Below are positions 8,952 through 16,854 of a stretch of 32,000 nucleotides of DNA, piece by piece. Where the stretch lies: sequence record MW601223.1. The stretch is one strand, 5' to 3'. Numbering within the stretch: position 1 is the first letter of the stretch; every line of letters begins with the position of its first letter. Position numbers and translations under genes: made by a program. This stretch comes from Arthrobacter phage Prairie. Under the pieces are notes generated by a model. It had not been told where the DNA came from, did no database searches, and saw only the letters and a program-made list of their open reading frames with translations.

Positions 8952-9812
8952 ATGCCATTCACGCCGACCGACCCGACCAAGGCCGAGGTCCGTGTCACCG
9001 GACAGGCCCCCAATCAACAGCTCGAGTTCTATATCCCCCGCGGGGCGAAAGGCGAGCCCGGCGGGATCGCCCTTGGGGCCATTCTCGGGACAACGGACCT
9101 GAACGATATCAAGACCTCGGGCGTCTACCGACAGGTCTCCGCGACATACGCGACCCCGGCGGCCAACTACCCGGAGGCGTGCGCCGGGACCCTGACTGTC
9201 CTCGAGGTCGCCGCCGGGACGCACCTAGAGCAAGAGTTCCGGCCGATGTGGTTCTCGCCGACGATCCGCCACTCCCAGCTCGCCTACAGGCGCACGTTTT
9301 TCAACGGCATTTGGCAACCGTGGCGCGTGTACTCCGCGATCCGCGTCGATCAGGCCGCGGGCCGGGCTGTCTACGTGTGGGACAACGTCAACAACCGCGA
9401 GCAGATCATCTACGGCGATACCGGGCTCCGAGACATTACGACAATGTCCGATCCGTCGACCTTCAACCACGCGCGGGCTCTGTATATCCGCCGAGTCGGG
9501 TCCTCGGTCCAGATCAGCGGGCAAATGGGGACCAACATCGCCGGGAGCTATTTCAGCTTCTGGAACGCGATCCCCGTCGGGTTCCGGTCCAACCCGTCCG
9601 CCGAGGGGACCGCGCTTTTGATCCGGAGCAATACCAACCTCGTTCGGGCCTACGTCACGAGCAACAACCTACAGATCCAAGCCGTTCACGGCGGGACCCT
9701 CGGAGCGTTTGCGGCCGGGGACGTTATCAACATCAACCTGAAATACGACACTACGGATCCGTGGCCGACGTCCCTCCCGGGGACCGGAGTCGGATCCGTA
9801 GCCAACGCCTAG
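8952..9812 (+). CDS. tail fibre/receptor-binding-like protein, paralogue of upstream fibre C-terminus
   Basis: RGAKGEPGGIALGAILGTTDLNDIKTSGVYRQ and DQAAGRAVYVWDNVNNREQIIYGDTGLRDI match 7209..8942 product. Confidence 0.8.
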   Translation: MPFTPTDPTKAEVRVTGQAPNQQLEFYIPRGAKGEPGGIALGAILGTTDLNDIKTSGVYRQVSATYATPAANYPEACAGTLTVLEVAAGTHLEQEFRPMWFSPTIRHSQLAYRRTFFNGIWQPWRVYSAIRVDQAAGRAVYVWDNVNNREQIIYGDTGLRDITTMSDPSTFNHARALYIRRVGSSVQISGQMGTNIAGSYFSFWNAIPVGFRSNPSAEGTALLIRSNTNLVRAYVTSNNLQIQAVHGGTLGAFAAGDVININLKYDTTDPWPTSLPGTGVGSVANA

Positions 9813-9825
9813 AAAGGACAAGACA

Positions 9826-9957
9826 ATGGCTAAGAATCACGAGGGCGATCACGTCGATATCGACCCGTTCATCCCGACCGGACAGTGCGCCCTGTGCCTC
9901 GACGAGGAGCAGGACACTATCCCGCCCGAGGACCGCCCGGGCGCCGGGGAGGGCTGA
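9826..9957 (+). CDS. small CxxC protein (43 aa)
   Basis: MAKNHEGDHVDIDPFIPTGQCALCLDEEQDTIPPEDRPGAGEG; leader plus ATG, overlaps next start. Confidence 0.55.
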   Translation: MAKNHEGDHVDIDPFIPTGQCALCLDEEQDTIPPEDRPGAGEG

Positions 9958-10595
9958 TGGTCGAGGCGTGGACCCGGGCGTGGTGGGATACGCTCCCGAC
10001 GGCCTACCGGGACGCGGACGCCCGACAGAACGCGGAGTCGGGAGGCTACCCTCTCCGCCGCTGGATGGACGGGATCGGGAAGATCGCCGGGGACGTCCGG
10101 GCGATCAACGACGACCTGTGGGAGGGGCGATACACCGACCCGGCGACGGTCCCGGACGGCGCCCCGCTCCGCTGGCTCGGGCAGATGCTCGGCGCCCCGG
10201 CGCAACAGCGGTCGAGGGGGGACGCCGCCCTCCGGCAGTACCTCGTCGACCTCGTCGCCTCCGGGAGGACAGCGGTCGGGACCCGGCAGGCGATCTACGA
10301 GGTCGCCAAGCACTTCCTGACCGGGGCCCGGCAGGTCAACGTCGTCCCCTCCTCGACGACCCCTCACCGGATCGTCCTCCTCGTCCGGGCCGACGAGGTC
10401 CCCGGGACCCTCGCCGAGCTCGCCGCGCAGGTCAAGGCCTCCGGGGCGGTCCCGGCCGGACACGACGTAATCGCGCAGATCGTTACGGCCTCGTGGGATA
10501 GCTGGTCGGCCGCGGCCGGGACGACTTGGGACGAGCGGGAGGCCCGCGCTGTGACGTGGAACGAGGCCGACAGCCTCGGCGTCCAGATCGAATAG
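9957..10595 (+). CDS. tail protein I-like (P2 gpI-type) baseplate protein
   Basis: Follows gp25/J; WWDTLPTAYRDAD...PLRRWMDGIG...PLRWLGQMLGA...GTRQAIYEVAKHFLTGARQVNV. Confidence 0.7.
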   Translation: MVEAWTRAWWDTLPTAYRDADARQNAESGGYPLRRWMDGIGKIAGDVRAINDDLWEGRYTDPATVPDGAPLRWLGQMLGAPAQQRSRGDAALRQYLVDLVASGRTAVGTRQAIYEVAKHFLTGARQVNVVPSSTTPHRIVLLVRADEVPGTLAELAAQVKASGAVPAGHDVIAQIVTASWDSWSAAAGTTWDEREARAVTWNEADSLGVQIE

Positions 10596-10631
10596 GAGTC
10601 TTGTCCGGGAGGCCGGGCTAGACTAGATAGG

Positions 10632-10696
10632 CGAGGCCCGGAGGCCCGCGGACCCCGCTTTCCTTGGTCGGTAGAGAGGTCCCGCTCCGGGCCTCG
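10632..10696 (+). terminator. inverted repeat after structural operon, possible terminator
   Basis: CGAGGCCCGGAG (10632-10643) / CTCCGGGCCTCG (10685-10696), perfect 12 bp arms with a long loop, followed by TTTC. Confidence 0.45.
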
Positions 10697-10718
10697 TTTC
10701 GTGTCTCCGGGGCCGAGT

Positions 10719-10747
10719 TTGTAAATTTACAAATAGGCCGATAGAGT
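10719..10747 (+). promoter_or_regulatory. putative sigma-A-type promoter for recombination/replication genes
   Basis: TTGTAA (10719-10724) - 17 bp - TAGAGT (10742-10747); -35 lies in a perfect 16-bp palindrome TTTGTAAATTTACAAA (10718-10733). Confidence 0.65.
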
Positions 10748-10807
10748 CGATCCTGTTCGGCCCGACGACGGGCCGGAGACCAAGGAATGTCAGACCAAGG
10801 AGACACA

Positions 10808-10990
10808 ATGACCAAGACCGCCCGCCGCCGCGCCGACTGGGGCCGGGAGGGGATCCGGGCCGAGCTCGAGGCCCTCCGGGGACTCCGCCCGACCGCCCTC
10901 GGGGAGCTCGTGATCGTCGGGGTCTCCCTGACGGCCGGGATCGGCTTCCTGTTCGTCCTCGTCGGCCTGTTCGCCGTCCTCGCCCCGTAG
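10808..10990 (+). CDS. small membrane protein (60 aa)
   Basis: ATG preceded by CCAAGGAGACACA; C-terminal TM segment ELVIVGVSLTAGIGFLFVLVGLFAVLAP (alternative start 10787). Confidence 0.6.
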   Translation: MTKTARRRADWGREGIRAELEALRGLRPTALGELVIVGVSLTAGIGFLFVLVGLFAVLAP

Positions 10991-10998
10991 GAGATCTC

Positions 10999-12048
10999 GT
11001 GACCGATAAGCCCAACTACAGGACCCCCGGGTCCTCCCTCGTCCTCCGCGCCGGGGCCCCCCGGGAGGAGTGGCTCGCCGAGCGGCTCAAGGGGATCGGC
11101 GGCTCCGAGGCCTCGGTAATCCTCGGCCTCAACAAGTACCAGACCCGGTGGGGCCTGTGGCTCGAAAAGACCGGCCGCCGCAAGGACGACCGACAGGTCA
11201 ACGAGGCTATGTACTGGGGCTCGGCTATGGAGCCGATCCTCCGCAAGCGCTTCGTCGAGGACACCGGGATCCCGGTCCGGTCCGCCGGGCTACACCGCTC
11301 CAAGCGCTACCCGTTCATGCAGGTCACAGTCGACGGCCTCACCGCCGACGGCGGGATCTTCGAGTCCAAGACAGCCTCCTCGTGGGCCGCCGGGGACGAC
11401 TGGGACGACGACGGGATCCCTGACCACGCCGCCCTACAGGTCCAACACGGTCTCGCCGTCACCGGCCGGTCGCACGCTTGGATCGTCGGCCTCCTCGACG
11501 GCCGAGACTGGCAGGTCCGCGGGCCGATCCCCCGCAACGAGGAGATCATCACAATGTTGATCGAGGAGGAGACCCGCTTCTGGACCGAGAACGTCCTCGG
11601 CGACGTCGAGCCCGCTGTCGTCGCCGGATCCCTCGAGGAGGTCAAGGACCACTACAACGACTCCGCCCCGGTCGGCGCCGTAATCCCCGAGGCCGAGCTC
11701 CGGGCGATCGAGTCCCGGATCAAGGGCTACAAGGCGACCGCCAAGACCGCCGACGAGTCCGCCCGGGCCCTCGAGGCCGAGCTCCGGGCCCGTGTTGGGC
11801 AGGCCGAGTTCATCGTCCCGTTCCCGACAGCGGACCCCGAGGGGGACGCGATCGCGACCCTCAAGCACACCGCGACCTTCTCGGCCAAACGGTTCCGGGA
11901 GGACAACCCCGAGGCCGCCGACCGCTACAGGACGACCAAGGAGGTCCTCGACGTCGACGCCCTCAAGATCAAGGAGCCCGAGCTCTACACCGCGTACCGC
12001 TCCCGGGTCCTCCGCTTCAAGCCCGCCCCCAAAAACACCACCAAGTAG
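10999..12048 (+). CDS. YqaJ-like viral exonuclease/recombinase
   Basis: WLAERLKGIGGSEASVILGLNKYQTRWGLWLEKTG...AMYWGSAMEPILRKRF...FESKTAS; directly upstream of recT. Confidence 0.9.
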   Translation: MTDKPNYRTPGSSLVLRAGAPREEWLAERLKGIGGSEASVILGLNKYQTRWGLWLEKTGRRKDDRQVNEAMYWGSAMEPILRKRFVEDTGIPVRSAGLHRSKRYPFMQVTVDGLTADGGIFESKTASSWAAGDDWDDDGIPDHAALQVQHGLAVTGRSHAWIVGLLDGRDWQVRGPIPRNEEIITMLIEEETRFWTENVLGDVEPAVVAGSLEEVKDHYNDSAPVGAVIPEAELRAIESRIKGYKATAKTADESARALEAELRARVGQAEFIVPFPTADPEGDAIATLKHTATFSAKRFREDNPEAADRYRTTKEVLDVDALKIKEPELYTAYRSRVLRFKPAPKNTTK

Positions 12049-12060
12049 GAGACAGACACA

Positions 12061-12915
12061 ATGGCAAACGACCGTAACCTCGCACAGCGCGCACAGGGCG
12101 CCGTCGCCCGACAGTCCGGCGGACAGTCCCCGGCCGAGCTGATCCGGGCTATGACCCCCGAATTTCAGCGGGCGATGCCCCGCGGAGCCGAGGCGCAACA
12201 GCTCGTCCGAGACGCCCTCACCGTCCTCAAGAACAACCCCGGCCTCGCCAACGTCAACCCGCAGAGCCTCCTCGGCTCGCTCATGACGTGCGCCCAGCTC
12301 GGGCTCCGCCCCGGGATCGGGGCCCTCGGACACGCCTACATCATCCCGTTCAAGGGACAGGCCCAGTTCATCCTCGGCTATCAAGGGATGATCGAGCTCG
12401 CCAACCGCTCCGGCGATATCGCCAACATCACCGCCCGGATCGTCTACTCCAACGACGAGTTCCGCCTCGCCTACGGCCTCGAGGACACCCTCGAGCACGT
12501 CCCGGCGATGGACGGGCCCCGGGGGACGGTCCGCGGATACTACGCCGTATTCAAGCGCTCCAACGGCGGCTACGGGTTCGTCTACTCGACCAAGGCCGAG
12601 ATCGAGGAGCACCGCGATAAATTCGCCCTCCAAAAGGACCGACAGGGCAACATCAAGGGACCGTGGAAGGACCACTTCGACGCTATGGCGCTCAAGACCG
12701 TCGTCCGCGAGCTGTTCAAGTGGATGCCCCGCTCGACGCAGATCGAGAACGCGATCGTCGCGGACAACACCGTCCGGACCAACGCCGCCCCGGACGCCGA
12801 CCTCAACGAGGTCTCCGAGTCTGTCTACGAGGGACAGGTCATGGACGAGGAGCCCGCCGCGGACTACGAGACCGGCGAGATCGACCCGGAGGGAGAAGAT
12901 CCCCATGCCCGCTAA
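12061..12915 (+). CDS. recT: RecT-family single-strand annealing protein
   Basis: NPQSLLGSLMTCAQLGLRPGIGALGHAYIIPFKGQAQFILGYQGMIELANRSG; WKDHFDAMALKTVVREL. Confidence 0.93.
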   Translation: MANDRNLAQRAQGAVARQSGGQSPAELIRAMTPEFQRAMPRGAEAQQLVRDALTVLKNNPGLANVNPQSLLGSLMTCAQLGLRPGIGALGHAYIIPFKGQAQFILGYQGMIELANRSGDIANITARIVYSNDEFRLAYGLEDTLEHVPAMDGPRGTVRGYYAVFKRSNGGYGFVYSTKAEIEEHRDKFALQKDRQGNIKGPWKDHFDAMALKTVVRELFKWMPRSTQIENAIVADNTVRTNAAPDADLNEVSESVYEGQVMDEEPAADYETGEIDPEGEDPHAR

Positions 12916-13153
12916 GAGCCTCCGCCGGTCCGCCCTACAGGCCCGGGCGGACCTGATCGAGGACGCGACCGGGGCCGCGGCCCGGGTCCTGTTCAAGGCC
13001 CAAGCCCTCGGGTTCGGCCGGACCGAGGAGGAGATCGACAGGGCCCTCGCCGGGCCTGACGCCGAGTACCTCCTCGTCCACAGCCGGACCCTCCTCGAGC
13101 CCGTCGTCCGGACGGCGGTCGACAGGGCCCTCGCGATCGGGAGGCGGCGGTGA
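12905..13153 (+). CDS. hypothetical protein (82 aa)
   Basis: Overlapping gene chain, coding-like codon bias. Confidence 0.6.
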   Translation: MPAKSLRRSALQARADLIEDATGAAARVLFKAQALGFGRTEEEIDRALAGPDAEYLLVHSRTLLEPVVRTAVDRALAIGRRR

Positions 13154-13365
13154 GCAAGACAGGACGCCCCCCGGCCCTCACCGACGATCAGGTCCGGCAG
13201 ATCCGCGAGGCGGTCGAGGCCGGGGCCTCCCAAGCCTCGGTCGCCCTCGGCTACGGGATCTCCCGGAGCCTCGTCTCGCTGATCTGCCGCGGGGTCCGCT
13301 ACCCCGACGCCCCCGGCCCGATCACCTACAGCTACTCCCCCCGACAGACAGGACAGACAGCGTGA
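13150..13365 (+). CDS. helix-turn-helix protein (71 aa)
   Basis: LTDDQVRQIREAVEAGASQASVALGYGISRSLVSLICRGVRY resembles an HTH segment. Confidence 0.7.
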   Translation: MSKTGRPPALTDDQVRQIREAVEAGASQASVALGYGISRSLVSLICRGVRYPDAPGPITYSYSPRQTGQTA

Positions 13366-13643
13366 CCCCCCTCAAGACCTCCGATACCCTCGCCGTCGCC
13401 GATCAGATGATCGGACAGGCCGGGCAGTTCCACTCCTCCCGGGGAGGGATCTATCCGGCGACCGTCGTCGCGGCCCGCTACATCGAGACCCCGGCCGGAC
13501 AGGACCTCGAGCTCGACGTCGTCGTCACCCGCCCCGGGACCGGCGGGACCCGCCCGACAGGGCCCTTCCTCGAGCTCGTCCGCGGGGTCCGGACCGGGCC
13601 GCCGACCTCGTTCCACCCCCACACCTTCCGGCGCGTCTCGTGA
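13362..13643 (+). CDS. hypothetical protein (93 aa)
   Basis: 4-bp overlaps both ends, codon bias. Confidence 0.6.
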   Translation: MTPLKTSDTLAVADQMIGQAGQFHSSRGGIYPATVVAARYIETPAGQDLELDVVVTRPGTGGTRPTGPFLELVRGVRTGPPTSFHPHTFRRVS

Positions 13644-13924
13644 CCGAGACGCCTCGGTACAACACCTACGAGCCCGGGGAGGGGATCGAGGACGCCCGGG
13701 CCCACATCGGCCGCCCGGTCCTCGTGTTCGCCCCCTCCGGGTCCCTGATGCCCGGGACGGTTGTCCGGGTCCTCCGCTCCGACGCCGACGGGGTCTTGGT
13801 CTACGACGTCGCGGCCCTCGCGATCACAGCCAAGGGCCCCGGGCTCGTCTCGGTCCTCCGGCAAAGTCTCCGCCTCGGAGACCTCCTCAACCCACAGCCC
13901 AACACCTTCGTATTCACCGCATAG
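13640..13924 (+). CDS. hypothetical protein (94 aa)
   Basis: 4-bp overlap, codon bias. Confidence 0.6.
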   Translation: MTETPRYNTYEPGEGIEDARAHIGRPVLVFAPSGSLMPGTVVRVLRSDADGVLVYDVAALAITAKGPGLVSVLRQSLRLGDLLNPQPNTFVFTA

Positions 13925-13936
13925 ACAGGACAGACA

Positions 13937-14494
13937 ATGGCAGGCGAAACAACGATCACGCTGATCGGCAACCTCACCAACGACCCCGAGCTCCGGTTCA
14001 CCCCGAGCGGATCCGCGGTCGCTAACTTCACGATCGCCTCGACCCCGAGGACGTTCAACCGGACCTCCAACGAGTGGGAGGACGGGGAGACCCTGTTCCT
14101 CCGGGCCTCGGTCTGGCGCGAGGCGGCCGAGAACGTCGCCGAGTCCCTCGTCAAGGGGATGCGCGTCATAGCGACCGGGCGCCTCAAGTCCCGGTCCTAC
14201 GAGACCAAAGAGGGCGAGAAGCGGACCGTGATCGAGCTCGAGGTCGACGAGATCGGCCCCTCCCTCCGCTACGCGAACGCTAAGGTGAACCGGACCCAGC
14301 GCTCCGGCGGACAGAACGGGGGACAGGGCGGCTCCGGAGGGTTCGGAGGGGGCGGAGGCTCGTCCTACACGAACGGGGCCGGGAACGGGGCCGGGAAGGC
14401 CGCTGTCGCCCAAGACGATCCGTGGGCCGCGGCGACGACGTCCTCCGGGGCCGGGGGATGGGGCAACGGGCCGGACTCCGAGCCCCCGTTCTAG
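13937..14494 (+). CDS. ssb: single-stranded DNA-binding protein
   Basis: [34 protein letters not shown]...[44 protein letters not shown]; Gly-rich linker; acidic tail DSEPPF. Confidence 0.95.
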   Translation: MAGETTITLIGNLTNDPELRFTPSGSAVANFTIASTPRTFNRTSNEWEDGETLFLRASVWREAAENVAESLVKGMRVIATGRLKSRSYETKEGEKRTVIELEVDEIGPSLRYANAKVNRTQRSGGQNGGQGGSGGFGGGGGSSYTNGAGNGAGKAAVAQDDPWAAATTSSGAGGWGNGPDSEPPF

Positions 14495-14567
14495 GCGATA
14501 GGGTAGATCCCGCGTCGGTCCCGAGTCTCCGGGCGGCGCCGGAGTAGCATCCAAAGCCTAGACACAC

Positions 14568-14606
14568 GACAGGGGCCCGGACGGTCTCAAGATCCGGGCC
14601 CCTGTC
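14568..14606 (+). terminator. strong intergenic hairpin, putative terminator
   Basis: GACAGGGGCCCGGA / TCCGGGCCCCTGTC, 14 bp perfect arms with 11-nt loop. Confidence 0.6.
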
Positions 14607-14635
14607 CAGCACAACCACCAGAGGAAATAACTAAA

Positions 14636-15610
14636 TTGAGCATAGCAAACGGGGAGGCGATCCTCGACGAGCTCGAGGGGGATCTCGAGGACTTCGCCCC
14701 CGAGGAGACAACAGACACCTATTTCGTAATGGTCCCGCTGTGGGTCCTCGAGCGGGTCTCCGGGGAGGCGATCAAGCTCTACGGGATCCTGTCGACCTAC
14801 CTCAACCCCAATACCCGGATCGTGTGGCCGTCCCGGCAAACCCTCGCCGACCGCCTCGGCAAATCAAGGCCCGAGTCCATCGACCGCTACCTCACCGAGC
14901 TGTCCGAGATCGGCGCCGTCGGGATCATCCCGAGGTTCCGCCCGGACGGCGGCCGGACGTCCAACGCCTACCGGATCTACCGGATACCCCCACGCGATAT
15001 AGCGCGGGGGGTCCCCCCCCTGAAAACCGAGGAGGCCCCCCCCCTGAAAACCGCGGAGGAACTTAGAACAATTAAGAACTTAGAAGATAGAGAGTCCTCG
15101 CTACGCTCGGACTCTCGCCCGACGACCGGCTCGATCCCCGTTGTCCACAGGAAATCCCCGACTGTGGATATCCCGACCGAGGCCCCGGCTATGACCCTGT
15201 GGGGCGACTCCGGGACCGAGCTTGAGCACCGGGCCCGGGACTACGACGCCTTCGACGACTTCTGGGCGGTCTACCCCCGCCGGGACGACAAGAAGAAAGC
15301 CCGGACCGCCTACGCCAAGGCCCTCCGGGAGGCGAGCCCGTCGGAGATCCTCGCCGGGGCCCGCCGCTACGCCGAGGACCCGAACAGGGATCCGGCCTAC
15401 ACCAAGTACGCCGCTACATGGCTCAACGCCGGGGCGTGGGCCAACGGGCCCCTCCCCCCGCGCCGGGACAGCCGCAACACACAAGAGCGGATGGAGGACA
15501 CCGCCCGGCTGACGGGCTCGATGATCGAGGGCTGGCAAAAGACCTTCCGCACCGGGGAGCCCGGCCGGATCGACCCCCGACTAGCGATAGACTCGACGAG
15601 GGCCTCCTAG
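14636..15610 (+). CDS. winged-helix replication initiator / DnaD-like replisome organiser
   Basis: TTG start after GAGGAA; KLYGILSTYLNPNTRIVWPSRQTLADRLGKSRPESIDRYLTELSEIGAVGI...; YDAFDDFWAVYPRRDDKKKARTAYAKAL; follows ssb. Confidence 0.75.
   Translation: MSIANGEAILDELEGDLEDFAPEETTDTYFVMVPLWVLERVSGEAIKLYGILSTYLNPNTRIVWPSRQTLADRLGKSRPESIDRYLTELSEIGAVGIIPRFRPDGGRTSNAYRIYRIPPRDIARGVPPLKTEEAPPLKTAEELRTIKNLEDRESSLRSDSRPTTGSIPVVHRKSPTVDIPTEAPAMTLWGDSGTELEHRARDYDAFDDFWAVYPRRDDKKKARTAYAKALREASPSEILAGARRYAEDPNRDPAYTKYAATWLNAGAWANGPLPPRRDSRNTQERMEDTARLTGSMIEGWQKTFRTGEPGRIDPRLAIDSTRAS
15021..15059 (+). repeat. two direct 24-bp-period repeats, iteron-like, inside initiator gene
   Basis: C8-TGAAAACCGAGGAGG then C9-TGAAAACCGCGGAGG. 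Confidence 0.75.
15038..15122 (+). repeat. copy 1 of an inverted dispersed element; candidate origin region
   Basis: CCCCCCCTGAAAACCGCGGAGGAACTTAGAACAATTAAGAACTTAGAAGATAGAGAGTCCTCGCTACGCTCGGACTCTCGCCCGA, matches the reverse strand of 31142..31226. Confidence 0.75.
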
Positions 15611-15644
15611 AGGCCTACAGACCAAGGACAGACCAAGGACAGAA

Positions 15645-16208
15645 ATGAACATCGACGACACCAAGACCCTCCTCCTCTACATTCAGGCCGGAGACAAGCG
15701 CAAGCTGTCCGAGGCCGACCTCGCCCTCTGGGCCAACGAGGTCCCCGACCGGCTCCACATCGACGACGCCCTCCAAGCGGTCCGGGAGTTCCGGGCCCGG
15801 CCCGAGACCGAGCTGATGCGGTATCCGTACCTCGATATCACCGTGTTCCGCGTCTACGTCAAGCGCGTCCTCGACCGGAGATCCGCCGCCGAGCGGAAGG
15901 AGGAGGCCAAGAAAGCGATCGAGCCCGCCCCCCACGTCGCCGTCACCGCCGGGGCCCTCCGACAGCGGGACCCCGAGCAATTCCAAAAGCTCCACGACGA
16001 GGGCCGGGCGACCGGCAACGCCGACAGGGCCTACACCTACGCCCGGAGACACGGCGCCCCCGAGGCCGAGGCCCGAGCCGCCGGACAGGCCGCCTACGAG
16101 GAGACTCTCGCCGCGATCGAGGCTGAAAAAAATCGCGCCAACCGCCAAGGCGGTAAGCACACCTCCCCGGCGGGAGACAATGAACCAAAACCGATCACGT
16201 TCGACTAG
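15645..16208 (+). CDS. putative helicase loader (G39P/DnaI-loader-like N-terminus)
   Basis: DDTKTLLLYIQAGDKRKLSEADLALWANEVPDRLHIDDALQAVREFRA...LMRYPYLDI; next to initiator; weak family-level call. Confidence 0.5.
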   Translation: MNIDDTKTLLLYIQAGDKRKLSEADLALWANEVPDRLHIDDALQAVREFRARPETELMRYPYLDITVFRVYVKRVLDRRSAAERKEEAKKAIEPAPHVAVTAGALRQRDPEQFQKLHDEGRATGNADRAYTYARRHGAPEAEARAAGQAAYEETLAAIEAEKNRANRQGGKHTSPAGDNEPKPITFD

Positions 16209-16226
16209 CTAGCTGGGAGCTACACC

Positions 16227-16460
16227 ATGAAAATCGCAATCACCATCGAGTCCGACGAGATCGGCACAATCGAGATCTCCAACGGATACGTCCTCCGCGA
16301 GTACGGCGATAACCCCCGGGCTGTCGCCGCGGAGATCCTCGTTGACACCCTCGTCCCCCGGGCCCTCGGAGCCCTACAGGTCCGCCCCGCCGACGATCCC
16401 GCCGAGGTCCCCTACGAGACGACGCCGGAGGCCCCGGTCTCCGAGTCCATCGACGAGTGA
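16227..16460 (+). CDS. hypothetical protein (77 aa)
   Basis: ATG start, codon bias, 4-bp overlap with next. Confidence 0.65.
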   Translation: MKIAITIESDEIGTIEISNGYVLREYGDNPRAVAAEILVDTLVPRALGALQVRPADDPAEVPYETTPEAPVSESIDE

Positions 16461-16693
16461 GCGCCCACCCCGAGCTCCGGCTCTACCCGGAGACGACGCT
16501 CCGCGAGATCGACAGCGTGATCGAGGAGATCCGCGAGCGCATGTGCGACCGCCTCGACGAGGTCGCCGATCGCCTCGGACTCTCCCTCGGCGACGTCGCG
16601 ACGATCCTCCGGGTCCGACAGGGCGAGTCATACGCTGAGGACTACGAGGACTGGGTCCTCGACGCAACCAACAACGAACAGGACAAAAAATGA
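16457..16693 (+). CDS. hypothetical protein (78 aa), helical
   Basis: GTG start, overlapping chain. Confidence 0.65.
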   Translation: MSAHPELRLYPETTLREIDSVIEEIRERMCDRLDEVADRLGLSLGDVATILRVRQGESYAEDYEDWVLDATNNEQDKK

Positions 16694-16854
16694 AGATCTA
16701 CCTCGTCTCCCTCCACGACGGCAACAACCTCGTCGCCCAATGGGAAGGACCCGCCTCCTCCGAGGACGCCGCCGTCGCCAAAGCCCGGGACGCCCACCCC
16801 GGGACCGACCACCACGACGCCGACGTAGAGACCGTCGCCGAGTTCGCCTCGTGA
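16690..16854 (+). CDS. hypothetical protein (54 aa)
   Basis: ATGA overlap; MKIYLVSLHDGNNLVAQWEGPASSEDAAVAKARDAHPGTDHHDADVETVAEFAS. Confidence 0.6.
   Translation: MKIYLVSLHDGNNLVAQWEGPASSEDAAVAKARDAHPGTDHHDADVETVAEFAS

Noticed and set aside
7131-9224. 697-aa minus-strand ORF opposite fibre genes
   Set aside because: Low-complexity Gly/Arg-rich shadow ORF of + strand fibre genes
8756-10501. 581-aa + strand alternative-frame ORF
   Set aside because: Spans three better supported genes in a shifted frame; Arg/Pro-rich composition typical of wrong frame
10596-10786. tRNA or small structured RNA in the intergenic region
   Set aside because: No cloverleaf or TTCGANTC-like T-arm recognised; structures are better explained as terminator plus promoter
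11434-13233. 599-aa minus-strand ORF opposite exonuclease and recT
   Set aside because: Opposite strongly recognised YqaJ-like and RecT genes; shadow ORF
15013-15059. Possible CRISPR-like repeats
   Set aside because: Only two repeat units with essentially no spacer and inside a coding sequence; iteron interpretation fits better
15597-15617. GGCCTC-CTA-GAGGCC palindrome as a CTAG-type regulatory element
   Set aside because: Short 6-bp stem with 3-nt loop and different architecture; could be chance in GC-rich sequence
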